A stretch of 64,000 bases of DNA from Candidatus Thalassarchaeum betae. GTDB taxonomy: Archaea; Thermoplasmatota; Poseidoniia; Poseidoniales; Thalassarchaeaceae. Positions 1 to 9,124 of the stretch are shown piece by piece. The notes under the pieces were generated by a model, which was not told the DNA's origin, did not search any database, and worked only from the letters and a program-made list of their open reading frames with translations. How positions within the stretch are numbered: position 1 is the first letter of the stretch; each line of letters begins with the position of its first letter. The stretch is from the NCBI GenBank assembly GCA_003193925.1, contig PSPG01000001.1:1-64000 (forward strand), given 5' to 3'. A program made the position numbers and the translations under genes.

Positions 1-2672
1 GCCGATGTCAGTGCGCGGTACATCGCTAGATTGCGCTCGGGGTTGATGCGCGGAATTTCGCCGCCAATACCCCCCGAGCACTCGTCTCGGAACATGAACG
101 CCAGCTCACTCGCTCCGAGCTCCTGGTGCGTCTCGCCGAGCAGGTAGATGTGGTCGCCAGCGTTCTTGAAGTCGCTCGAGACCGCTTTGCGTACGTCAGC
201 GTGGTTGCCGATGAGGCTGAACAGGATGGTCGGCGGGACGCTGATCTTCTCGCCGTACATAGTGACATCGTTCTTCATCGAGTCTTTGCCGCTGATGCAC
301 GGTAGCCGATAGGCTCTGCATACGTCTTCTATGGCTTGGTTCGCGCGCACCAGCTGCGCCAGTTTGTAGCGCCCGTCCGGGGTCTCGGGGGACTCGACCG
401 AGTCCGGCCAGCAGAAGTTGTCGAGGCCTGCAATCATGTCGAGGTCGACGCCGACGCAAACCGCGTTGCGCAGAGCCTCATCCACGCACGCCGCTGCCAT
501 CGAGTAGGTGTCGATGTCCGAATACCTCGGAGTTATCCCGTTCGAAATCACAGCGCCTTGCGTGCCTCCGTGCAGAGGAGCGATGACTGCAGCGTCGCCG
601 GGCGCGTCGTGGTTGACGCCGCAGAACGGCTTGATGACCGACTGGGCGATGACCTCGTGGTCGTAGGAGCGGACCCACCACTCCTTGCTCGCGACGTTGG
701 GCCTTGCCATCAATCGGCGTAGGATGTCACCCATCCCGGCTGCATCCGTCTTTGGCGGAATCATTGGCTCGTGAACTGGTGGGGTCCACTCGGATTCGAG
801 TTGCAGTTGCGGGCAGCCGTCGTGCAGGAATGAGATCGGTAGGTGCGCGACCATGCGCTCGCCGAAGCGCACCACGAAAGCGCCCGAGTCGGTGAATTCA
901 CCGATCATCGTAGCCTCGACCTCGTGCAGATCAGCTAGTGCTTCGAAAGCCGCGCAATCTTCCGGTTTGATACCTACGGTCATGCGCTCTTGGGACTCCG
1001 AGACCAGAATCTCCCAAGGCGAGAGGTCCGCTTGCTTGAGGGGGACGGCCGAGAGGTCGATGTCGGCACCGTCGGTCAACTCTGCCATCTCGCCCACACT
1101 GCTCGACAGGCCACCGGCGCCATTGTCGGTGATGACTTGGATGATCCCCTCGTCACGGGCTTCGATGATCATGTCGAGCATCTTCTTCTGGGTGATCGGG
1201 TCCCCTATCTGAACGGCAGAGCTCGGGCTCTCCTCGGTCAGCACGAGGCTCGAGAAAGTCGCCCCGTGGATGCCATCGCTGCCGACACGACCGCCGACCA
1301 TGTAGATGACATCGCCAGGCGAAGGCGTCTTGTCGTGGCTCTCCCGGCCGTCGGCCAGCCTGCGTGGCATGATGCCGACCGTGCCGCAGTAGACCAGTGG
1401 CTTGCCGATGTAGCGCTCGTCGAAGACGATGGCGCCGTTGACGGTAGGGATGCCCGACTCGTTGCCACCGGAGCGGATCCCAGCGTGTACCCCCCTGAAT
1501 ACCCTCGAGGGGTGGAACAGGCCCTTAGGGAGTCTGCCGTCGTAGTCTGGTGGCCCGAAGCAGAAGATGTCGGTGTTGGCGATGGGGCGTGCCCCTAAGC
1601 CCGTTCCGAGGATGTCGCGATTAACGCCCACTATGCCGGTTATCGCACCACCGAAGGGGTCCAGCGCGCTCGGTGAGTTGTGCGTCTCGGCCTTCATGCA
1701 CAGACTCCAGTCATCGTTCCAAGCGATCACCCCGGAGTTGTCGTGGAATACGCTGAGAAGCCAGTCGACCTCCTTCTGGATGTCGAGTGTCGGGCTCATG
1801 ATGTGGGTCTTGAACAGCGAGTCGATCTGCTTCTTCTCGCCGGTCTGGTTGTCCTTGTGATTGATGCGGGCTGCGAATATCTTGTGCGAGCAGTGCTCCG
1901 ACCAAGTCTGCGCCAAGCATTCCAGTTCGGCGTCAGTCGGTGCGTTCGGAGGAAGGCCCAGATCCTCTCTAACCGCTCTCACCTCCGGATTCCTATAGTG
2001 CGCTTGAATCGCATGCATCTCGTTGAGGTTGAGCGCGAGCAACCCTGTCTCGCTGATCTCCTCCAGCTGCTCGTCGCTCACCTCGAGATTGACGACCGCT
2101 GGCTCGGCGAAGACTGCCGGCGGTCGGTCGGGGAAGGCGAGTGAGGGCCAGCGCCCTGCGGCGCAGTCCTCGGCGTCGGCGATTGCGCAGCGCTCGATCA
2201 TCGGGTTGTGCAAGGTAGTCGCTAACTGTGCCGCTTCGACTTCCTCCGGCACGCCCCAGAACATGTAAGTGCGAGTGGTGGCAACCTGTGCAGCGCTTCT
2301 GAGCTCGGGATAGAGAGTAAGAAGCCCGTCGAGACCCGCCTGTCCTGCGTTGTCGGTGACCCCGGGCTTGTATCCGACTTGGATGGCCGCATCCGGTGCG
2401 TCGGGGAATACCTCGTCGGCGTCGAGCAGCGCCCCGTTGCACGAGCCATGCTCGATGATCGGGTCAGCGAACAGATCGTACACTGTGCGCTCGATTTGCT
2501 CAGGCGTCATCTCGGCCTGAACCTGATAGCCCAGAGATACCCGGATAACGCCGACCTCGATACCGTGGTCCGCGGCGAGCATGCTGCGCACACTGCCTCC
2601 GCGTGCATCGGGCAGGCCCTCTAAGTCGCGTGTAGTGACCTCGATGAAGTGAACGGGAGGGCTGCCGCCCAT
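1..2672 (-). CDS. purL: Phosphoribosylformylglycinamidine synthase PurL with N-terminal PurS-like extension (3' end runs off the window; absent from the ORF track)
   Basis: Manual translation from ATG at 2672 (MGGSPPVHFIEV...) gives KPGVTDN, AQTWSEHCSHKIF, KAETHNSPSALDPFGGAITGIVGVNRDILGTG and GGNESGIPTVNG, all PurL motifs. Confidence 0.93.
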   Translation of the reverse strand, partial: MGGSPPVHFIEVTTRDLEGLPDARGGSVRSMLAADHGIEVGVIRVSLGYQVQAEMTPEQIERTVYDLFADPIIEHGSCNGALLDADEVFPDAPDAAIQVGYKPGVTDNAGQAGLDGLLTLYPELRSAAQVATTRTYMFWGVPEEVEAAQLATTLHNPMIERCAIADAEDCAAGRWPSLAFPDRPPAVFAEPAVVNLEVSDEQLEEISETGLLALNLNEMHAIQAHYRNPEVRAVREDLGLPPNAPTDAELECLAQTWSEHCSHKIFAARINHKDNQTGEKKQIDSLFKTHIMSPTLDIQKEVDWLLSVFHDNSGVIAWNDDWSLCMKAETHNSPSALDPFGGAITGIVGVNRDILGTGLGARPIANTDIFCFGPPDYDGRLPKGLFHPSRVFRGVHAGIRSGGNESGIPTVNGAIVFDERYIGKPLVYCGTVGIMPRRLADGRESHDKTPSPGDVIYMVGGRVGSDGIHGATFSSLVLTEESPSSAVQIGDPITQKKMLDMIIEARDEGIIQVITDNGAGGLSSSVGEMAELTDGADIDLSAVPLKQADLSPWEILVSESQERMTVGIKPEDCAAFEALADLHEVEATMIGEFTDSGAFVVRFGERMVAHLPISFLHDGCPQLQLESEWTPPVHEPMIPPKTDAAGMGDILRRLMARPNVASKEWWVRSYDHEVIAQSVIKPFCGVNHDAPGDAAVIAPLHGGTQGAVISNGITPRYSDIDTYSMAAACVDEALRNAVCVGVDLDMIAGLDNFCWPDSVESPETPDGRYKLAQLVRANQAIEDVCRAYRLPCISGKDSMKNDVTMYGEKISVPPTILFSLIGNHADVRKAVSSDFKNAGDHIYLLGETHQELGASELAFMFRDECSGGIGGEIPRINPERNLAMYRALTS

Positions 2673-2783
2673 TGTGCAGCCTCCGTTGCCGCCCGTCCAT
2701 GAACAAAGCGGCGCAGGCCGGAGGCCTGATTCGGGCGGCTGTGAGGGAAAGCCTTGAGAGGGGGTCGACGGCGAGCGTGTTCG

Positions 2784-3578
2784 ATGCGAGCCGAGAAGGC
2801 GTGGGGCGCAAGATGGCGTAGTTGCGCACACCCGCTAGCCCATCGCTTCATGGAGACGGCTGCTGAGAAGGAAACGCTGGTCGTCCTCGCAGCCGATCTC
2901 GGAACTGTCGACGAGTTAGTCCGACTGATCCATCAGGTAGGGGGACACATCGCTGCTCTCAAGACGCACGTCGACACGATAGAGGACTTCTCCCCTGAAA
3001 ACTGGCAGAATGTGGTCGATGCCGCTCAATCACACGATTTGATGCTCTTCGAGGACCGCAAGTTCGCCGACATCGGCAAAGTCTCCCTGACTCAGATGAG
3101 CGGTGTCTACGACATCCGCTCGTGGGCCGACCTCGTCACCGCTCACAGCGTCTCCGGGCCGGATATCATCGATGGCATCGCAGCCGGCTGGGACGAAGTG
3201 AAGCGGGTTGGTGGCATCTTCCTACTCGCCCAGATGTCGAGCCGCGGGAACCTGCTCTCCGACGACTACACTGCCGAGACCATTGCAACGGGCACAGCCT
3301 CGCCACACGTGCTCGGCTACATCGGCAACGGCAGTTCGCCAGAAGAGGTGGCGTCTCTTCGAGTGCGGGTGGGCGTCGGTAGGATGATCTGGACCCCGGG
3401 AGTGAACCTCTCCGCCACTGAGGGCGCGCTGGGCCAGCGCTACGGCCACCCCACGGACGCCATCAAGGCCGGCGCGGATGCGATAATCGTCGGCTCTGGC
3501 ATCCACGGCTCTGATGACCCGGGCGCTGCCGCTGCCACATACGCCGAGGTTTCGTGGAGCGCTCTGCTGGAGCGATAA
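2784..3578 (+). CDS. pyrF: Orotidine-5'-phosphate decarboxylase
   Basis: LKTHVD, FEDRKFADIG (DxKxxDI), TPGV and LGQRY motifs. Start uncertain. Confidence 0.93.
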   Translation: MRAEKAWGARWRSCAHPLAHRFMETAAEKETLVVLAADLGTVDELVRLIHQVGGHIAALKTHVDTIEDFSPENWQNVVDAAQSHDLMLFEDRKFADIGKVSLTQMSGVYDIRSWADLVTAHSVSGPDIIDGIAAGWDEVKRVGGIFLLAQMSSRGNLLSDDYTAETIATGTASPHVLGYIGNGSSPEEVASLRVRVGVGRMIWTPGVNLSATEGALGQRYGHPTDAIKAGADAIIVGSGIHGSDDPGAAAATYAEVSWSALLER

Positions 3579-4265
3579 TCAGAACGACGGGATTTCGAAC
3601 GGCAACTCTTCCGGGACGCCGTACATAGCGACGTAAACACCGCCTGCGGCGGTGGCTATGATGATGAGGAGCAGGAATCTGCCGAACCACCCGAGTTTCT
3701 TCTTCGGTGGCTTCTCCTCGACGGGAGCGAGTGCCTCCCCTCCGGGCAACGGAACGAGGGGCATCTCGACCGCCTCGGGCATCGGCGGCATCATTGGAGG
3801 CATCGGCATTGGTGGCTCCAGTGGCGTCTCGGGCTCCTCCACCTCCGGGTAGAGCTCGTCGAGGTCAGCGAGGCCAAGAGCAGGGGGGATATCGCCCATC
3901 ATCGCCTCCCACTGCTCGTCGAAGACTGTCTGGGTCAGAGGCGTGACGAGCACTCCGACCGCCCCGGTAGAATACGCCGCGTCCTCGGCCTTCTCCTTGC
4001 CGGACCTGCTGGTCACGATGGCGATCCTGGCGTTGTAGTCGGACTCCCTCATCTCAAGCGCGGCGATATGCCCGTCCATAGACGGTATGTCGAGTGACAA
4101 AAGCACCATATCGGGGCGTAATCTCACGTATTCATCGACGGCCTTGTCTCCGTCGCTGCAGAACTCAGTGCGCCATCCCTGATGTTTCATGATGCTGCGT
4201 ATCCGGCCTTCGGTGGTGACATTGCCGACCACCACGAGAGCCAATGGTGCCTCATCACCAGACAT
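3579..4265 (-). CDS. Receiver (REC)-like domain protein with Pro-rich linker and C-terminal TM helix; atypical/pseudo-receiver
   Basis: DGDKAVDEYVRLRPDMVLLSLDIPSMDG and GAVGVLVTP follow the CheY pattern; hydrophobic C-terminal segment after KKK. Confidence 0.75.
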   Translation of the reverse strand: MSGDEAPLALVVVGNVTTEGRIRSIMKHQGWRTEFCSDGDKAVDEYVRLRPDMVLLSLDIPSMDGHIAALEMRESDYNARIAIVTSRSGKEKAEDAAYSTGAVGVLVTPLTQTVFDEQWEAMMGDIPPALGLADLDELYPEVEEPETPLEPPMPMPPMMPPMPEAVEMPLVPLPGGEALAPVEEKPPKKKLGWFGRFLLLIIIATAAGGVYVAMYGVPEELPFEIPSF

Positions 4266-4321
4266 CTTCGAGCGCACGTACGGGCCGCGCTTCAAGAACG
4301 ACGCGGTTGTCAGTCATGCAA

Positions 4322-5602
4322 TTAATCTAGAACTGAGTTCACGAACCATTCCGGGTCGAACTTGAGCAGGTCGTCGTAGCCTTGTCCGACGCCGGCCAGC
4401 ACTATCGGTCGGCCGGTCGCATGTGCTATGGACAGGGCCGCACCGCCCTTGGCATCGGTGTCGAGTTTACAAAGCGCGGCACCGTCGAAACTGAGCATGC
4501 GCTGGAACTCGATTGCCTGGGTGACGGCGTCGTTGCCCGCCAGCGCATCGGCCACGAAAATCACCAGATGGGGTTGTGTGACCCTGTGCACCTTGCGCAG
4601 CTCCTCCATCAGGTTGGTCTTGTTCTGCATCCGGCCTGCCGTGTCTATAATCACGACATCCTCGCCCCGGGCTTTGGCGCTTTCCACGGCATCCCTGGCG
4701 ATGGCAGCAGAGTCGCCGCCCCGCTGGCTGCGTACGCAGCGAACCCCGAGTCGCTCCGCATGGGCCGCTAGCTGGTCGATTGCCCCCGCGCGGAAGGTGT
4801 CAGCGGCGGCCAAGACCACCGAGCGGCCCTGCTGTGTGAGCCTATGGGCTATCTTGGCGCACGTCGTGGTCTTGCCGGTGCCATTGACCCCGACCATCAT
4901 TATCCCAACGGGGGTCTCGGCGTCGATGAACGAGTTAACGGTCTTGTCGAAGTCCCAGTAGCCGGCTTCCAAGAGTCTCAGAAGTGCGTTCCTGAGCGCC
5001 TCCTCGACGACGCCCTCGAGTTTCATCCGAGTTGATATCCTAGTTCCGATCAGAGTTGCTTTCAGAGTTCGGGATAACTCCTCGACGGCGCTCTGCGCCA
5101 TATCAGCCGACAGCATCTCCACCTCGAGTTCCTCGATAATCGCGTCCAGCTTCCGGCTTCCTGTGATTACGCGCCCGCCGATCGGGGAAGCGGAATCGCC
5201 GAAATCGATCTCGAACTTCGCTGGCCCGGAGGCGATGAGTCTCTGCCCGGTGGTGCTCTCCATCCTATCCTTAGGGGGTCCTTCGCCCTTCTTCACGGGC
5301 TTCGCTGCCTTCTCCACAGAGGCTGCCCTCTTCGCTTTCTTACGCTCCTTGCGCTCCAGAGGCTTAGCGAATGGGTCCTCTGCTGGCTGTTCGTCGAAAT
5401 CGTCCCATTGCCCCCCTGCGTCTGCTGATGGTTCAGCCAATTGCGGAGCTGGTGGAGCGGATTTCGAATGTTCGAGAGAGTCGATGAGCTCCTTCCTCTG
5501 CTCCAGTGCCTGCTCGGCCTCCTCGGAATCATCCTCGGCGGTAATCTCCTCTTTGTCGGCGCTCTTACTGAAGCGTTTCTTGAAGCGGTCGAACAGGCCC
5601 AT
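4322..5602 (-). CDS. ftsY: Signal recognition particle receptor FtsY
   Basis: MGLFDRFK start, acidic N-region, GVNGTGKTTT, DTFRAGA, DTAGR, KLDTDAKGG. Confidence 0.96.
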   Translation of the reverse strand: MGLFDRFKKRFSKSADKEEITAEDDSEEAEQALEQRKELIDSLEHSKSAPPAPQLAEPSADAGGQWDDFDEQPAEDPFAKPLERKERKKAKRAASVEKAAKPVKKGEGPPKDRMESTTGQRLIASGPAKFEIDFGDSASPIGGRVITGSRKLDAIIEELEVEMLSADMAQSAVEELSRTLKATLIGTRISTRMKLEGVVEEALRNALLRLLEAGYWDFDKTVNSFIDAETPVGIMMVGVNGTGKTTTCAKIAHRLTQQGRSVVLAAADTFRAGAIDQLAAHAERLGVRCVRSQRGGDSAAIARDAVESAKARGEDVVIIDTAGRMQNKTNLMEELRKVHRVTQPHLVIFVADALAGNDAVTQAIEFQRMLSFDGAALCKLDTDAKGGAALSIAHATGRPIVLAGVGQGYDDLLKFDPEWFVNSVLD

Positions 5603-5611
5603 GCGTAACCC

Positions 5612-6130
5612 TCAGTCGTCGAGCGTCAGCTCGGTGCCGCGCTTGCGCTTCCTCCTTCGCGGGGCGGCCTTCTCCTCAGCAGCCTTCGTGGGTGTCCCTT
5701 CTCTGGGTGCCTCGCCCTGAATCTGCTCAACGCTTTCATTGAACTGCTGAGCGAGGCCGACGGTGCTCTGCTCCAATTCGTCGAATTCGGACTTCATCCT
5801 CTCTATGACGGCAATCAGTTCCTCACTTCGCTTGGCGAGTATATCGGCAGCCTCCTTGCGCGTGCGCTCGGCTTGAATACGGCTGCCGATATCGATTACC
5901 GCGCCGGCGTCCGCAGGAATGTCAGCGATAATCTGGATGCCGGAGCCCAATGGTATCATGGCGCCCTCTGCGCCATCCTCGGGTATGGCGAGGAGAGCCT
6001 CTATGGCTTGCATCTGCTCGATTCGGATGGCCTCGAGCTGGCGAATCTGCTGCTCGATGACCTGCATGCGCTCGCGGTTGATCTCGATGAGCTGCGCGAT
6101 GCGCTGAAACTCCGCTCTGTCGACCGTCAT
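5612..6130 (-). CDS. pfdA: Prefoldin alpha subunit
   Basis: Coiled coils flanking MIPLGSG...VIDIGS beta hairpins; directly upstream of ftsY as in many archaea. Confidence 0.85.
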   Translation of the reverse strand: MTVDRAEFQRIAQLIEINRERMQVIEQQIRQLEAIRIEQMQAIEALLAIPEDGAEGAMIPLGSGIQIIADIPADAGAVIDIGSRIQAERTRKEAADILAKRSEELIAVIERMKSEFDELEQSTVGLAQQFNESVEQIQGEAPREGTPTKAAEEKAAPRRRKRKRGTELTLDD

Positions 6131-6183
6131 CGAGCCGGGTGAAATGCCCGACCCCCATGAAGCCGTCGCAGGTTCAACCCGGC

Positions 6184-7062
6184 TCAACGATGTGAGGTCA
6201 GGTCATCGATGATGGCCTGCCTCCTGTCTGCGATGAGTGAGAGGTGACCGTGCCCCGGCTCCAACCTGGCAGTGGCCGTGGGTATGTGCTTGAGCAGCCA
6301 CTCACCATGCGCGAAGGGGACCATGAGGTCAAGATCGCCTTGCCAGACTGCGACTGGGACGGTGATTTCCGACGGTTCGAAGCCCCAGTGGTTGCAGAAC
6401 ACCATGTCATCGTCGATCCAGCCATCCCAGCCGTTGGTGAAGCAGCGGCGCATACTTCCCGCCCACATGGCTGCGAGACCCTGCTCGTTCAAGGCGAGCA
6501 CGTCGATCTCAGGGACTAATCCCCCTAAGGCCTCAGCCAATTCCTCATCGGCAATCGTCCTGTATGGCTCCGCATGCTCGTCCATCCAGCGGCGGAGCGC
6601 CTCCTCGCCCTCCAGAGCTATTCCGAACTCCTCGACGTTCTCGGGGCCCATACCATCGAGGAAATCGAGGTCGGGCTCGCCATAGGGTCCGACGCCAGCA
6701 AGTGATGAAACCGCCTTGCAACGCTCGGGTAGCAATGCCCCGCAGGCAAGTGCGTGAGGGCCGCCGCCAGACCAGCCGAGAGAGACGAACTCGGGGATGC
6801 CCAGAGCGTCGAGCACGTCCTCGACGTCCTCGGCCACGCTTGCGACCCTCCGGCCTTCCAGCCGGTCAGACAGACCGTAGCCGGGTCGAGAGATAGCCAC
6901 CAGTCTCAGATTGTTGCTCAGCGCGTCCTCATGCCAGTCAGACCAGATGGTGGCATCACTGGGGGTCCCGTGGTGACAGACCAGACCGAAAGAGGAGTCG
7001 TCGTCACCTGCGAGAAGGACGTCGAGTGTCCTTCCGTCACGGGCTTTGAGCAAGCGGAGCAT
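6184..7062 (-). CDS. Alpha/beta hydrolase
   Basis: HGTP oxyanion motif, RPGYGLS, GWSGG nucleophile elbow, GDLDLMVP and GHGH acid/His motifs. Confidence 0.9.
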   Translation of the reverse strand: MLRLLKARDGRTLDVLLAGDDDSSFGLVCHHGTPSDATIWSDWHEDALSNNLRLVAISRPGYGLSDRLEGRRVASVAEDVEDVLDALGIPEFVSLGWSGGGPHALACGALLPERCKAVSSLAGVGPYGEPDLDFLDGMGPENVEEFGIALEGEEALRRWMDEHAEPYRTIADEELAEALGGLVPEIDVLALNEQGLAAMWAGSMRRCFTNGWDGWIDDDMVFCNHWGFEPSEITVPVAVWQGDLDLMVPFAHGEWLLKHIPTATARLEPGHGHLSLIADRRQAIIDDLTSHR

Positions 7063-7102
7063 GGCTCTCGATGTTCGGTATACAACTTATGGGTTGCTGG
7101 GC

Positions 7103-7987
7103 TTACTCGTCGTCCCAGATGCCTTCCTGGATCATGAACTCCATGACTTTGGCGGAGACGTTGGCATGGTTGCCGCCACGCACCCCGGTTGCTGAGACTG
7201 AGAAGAGTTCTGAGGGGATGTCATCGGCCTCTCGGACTTGGTAGCCGACCTTGCGACCGTATGAGATGGCCTCGATGTCGGGCATGATCAATGTCTCGAC
7301 GTCTTCTCCTGCGTATCGGTGCTCAATCATCCGCTTGCGCACGTCTGCTGAGAAGGGGTCCGCCTCGGTGATTGGTGTGTCCCTGATTCCGATTACGACC
7401 CTACTGCCCTGGTCGAGTTCCCTCTGGATCAGCCACTCGTGGCCGAGGTGCAGCGGCTGCCAGCGGCCCGGCAGCAGGACGGCTTTGGGCTTCTCAAAGA
7501 GATGTGCCAACTGGTCGACGAGTTGGTCGACGCTCTTGCCCGCCTCTCCACTCGAGTCCAGAGAGATGTGAGCGCACTTCGGCTCATCGAACGGATCGGA
7601 GATGCCGGTGAAGTTGGATATCTCCCCGGAGCGTGCCTTAGCGTACAGTCCCTTGGCGTCGCGCTTCTCGCAGACCTCAAGAGAGGTTGAAATGTGCACC
7701 ATGATGGTGTTGTCAGGGAGAATCTCGAGAATCTTCTCGCGGACGTTCTCGTAGGGGGTGATGAACGAGCACAGGACATGGGTGTGTTTGGATATCATCT
7801 TGGCCATCCGAGCTATCCCGAGAAGGTGGCGCTCGCGCCCTTCGTGGCTGAAGTCCTTGTTCGAGAAGAAGTCGCGGATTGTGTCGCCGTCTAGGACCTC
7901 GCACCCGTAACGCTCTGCTGCTGCTATGGCTATGGACGTCTTCCCGGCTCCAGAGAGGCCCGTGAACCAGATTATCCTGTTAGCCAT
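7103..7987 (-). CDS. cysC: Adenylyl-sulfate (APS) kinase fused to a C-terminal HxGH nucleotidyltransferase domain
   Basis: WFTGLSGAGKT, LDGDTIR, RDAKGLY, FTGISDPF; C-terminal GRWQPLHLGH...VSATGVR. Confidence 0.85.
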   Translation of the reverse strand: MANRIIWFTGLSGAGKTSIAIAAAERYGCEVLDGDTIRDFFSNKDFSHEGRERHLLGIARMAKMISKHTHVLCSFITPYENVREKILEILPDNTIMVHISTSLEVCEKRDAKGLYAKARSGEISNFTGISDPFDEPKCAHISLDSSGEAGKSVDQLVDQLAHLFEKPKAVLLPGRWQPLHLGHEWLIQRELDQGSRVVIGIRDTPITEADPFSADVRKRMIEHRYAGEDVETLIMPDIEAISYGRKVGYQVREADDIPSELFSVSATGVRGGNHANVSAKVMEFMIQEGIWDDE

Positions 7988-8076
7988 CGGTTGACCCCCA
8001 TAGATACGGGCGTGGCGAGACTAGTTCCCTATTTCACACCGACGGGTTTCGCGGGCCTGCCCTAGCGCTAGGGGCT

Positions 8077-8628
8077 TCAGTAGTCCTGCAATTCATCGGC
8101 AGCCGCCGAGAGCCTGTCCCGGGAGTCGCTGCCGAGATGGAAGAGGAACGGGTCCTCCTCGCCCATGATGTTCTTCAAGGAGGATATCGTCCGTGCCCAG
8201 ATCTCCTGCTCGGAGTTCCACACCAACCAGCGCTCGATGAAATCACAGTGACGTTGGATCTCCTCGTCTTCAGGAGCCATTCGTCGGAGGATGGCGTTGG
8301 TCTGGGCAAGGAGTATCCCAAAAGGTGCATTGAGTTTGTAGGTGGTGAACGGGTTGCGCTCCTGTACGATAGTTAGGTGCTCGCGCCACAGGCCTAGGGT
8401 GGCGTCGTAAACCCTGCCAATCAGTAGCACAATCAGAATGACTGAGGCACCGATGCCGAATAGCCCCCAGTAGGTCATTTTGATACCGGCCATCGTCGAT
8501 TCGGCCTCGAACCTCCAACTGACGTAGGGCCAGATCAGTAGCGTCAGGGTGCTGGCCCAGAAGCCCATCGAGATGAGGGTCTGGCTCTGTTGAACCCGCC
8601 AGTACTGACGCATGAACCACTTCTTCAT
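8077..8628 (-). CDS. Hypothetical membrane protein (2 TM)
   Basis: 183-aa ORF with two hydrophobic segments; co-oriented with neighbours. Confidence 0.7.
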   Translation of the reverse strand: MKKWFMRQYWRVQQSQTLISMGFWASTLTLLIWPYVSWRFEAESTMAGIKMTYWGLFGIGASVILIVLLIGRVYDATLGLWREHLTIVQERNPFTTYKLNAPFGILLAQTNAILRRMAPEDEEIQRHCDFIERWLVWNSEQEIWARTISSLKNIMGEEDPFLFHLGSDSRDRLSAAADELQDY

Positions 8629-8766
8629 CGTATTCGTCCCCTTGTGACTCTCCTTTCACCGTTGCGCGTCTGCGTCTGGTGGAACGCGCTTCTGATGCCC
8701 ATCTTTTCTTGGAAGTTTGCGGCTTTCGGCTTCATCAATCATGTAGTTGGGATGATTCGAATGGTC

Positions 8767-8994
8767 TCAGTTGCCGCGGAAGTGGGCAACCACAACCGGG
8801 GCAATGGAGTCCGAGGGATCGATTTCCACTAGTGAATCGATTTTGACGAATCGACGGGGGACACCGTGTCGGCTGCCGAAATTTGAGTAGACTCGGTGCC
8901 AAGCGTCCTCCTCGTCGGCAGCGACGAAATCGATTGTGAATTCCTGACTCCTCTTCCCACTAGGGAAGCTGCCGATTGCGCGATAGGCCTTCAT
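8767..8994 (-). CDS. rpl18a: 50S ribosomal protein LX (L18Ae/eL20)
   Basis: MKAYRAIG...RVYSNFGSRHGVPRRFVKI, the YSxxGSRH signature. Confidence 0.9.
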   Translation of the reverse strand: MKAYRAIGSFPSGKRSQEFTIDFVAADEEDAWHRVYSNFGSRHGVPRRFVKIDSLVEIDPSDSIAPVVVAHFRGN

Positions 8995-9018
8995 GGCGCG
9001 GGCCACCTGCGGTCTCGG

Positions 9019-9024
9019 TATAAA
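9019..9024 (-). promoter_or_regulatory. Candidate TATA box for LX (leaderless transcript)
   Basis: TTTATA on the minus strand about 25 nt upstream of the ATG at 8994. Confidence 0.55.
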
Positions 9025-9124
9025 CGCGACTAGCGCGGTGCGGCCCGATTCGGGTTCATTCGGCTAGGAGGGCCGGGCCGGGTCCCTCAAGGTTCAATAG
9101 CGGATGCTCGAGGATGCTCGATGA

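Noticed and set aside
26-2851. Many short ORFs on both strands in the ORF track
   Set aside because: They are shadows of the purL reading frame, which the track omits because it runs off the window edge.
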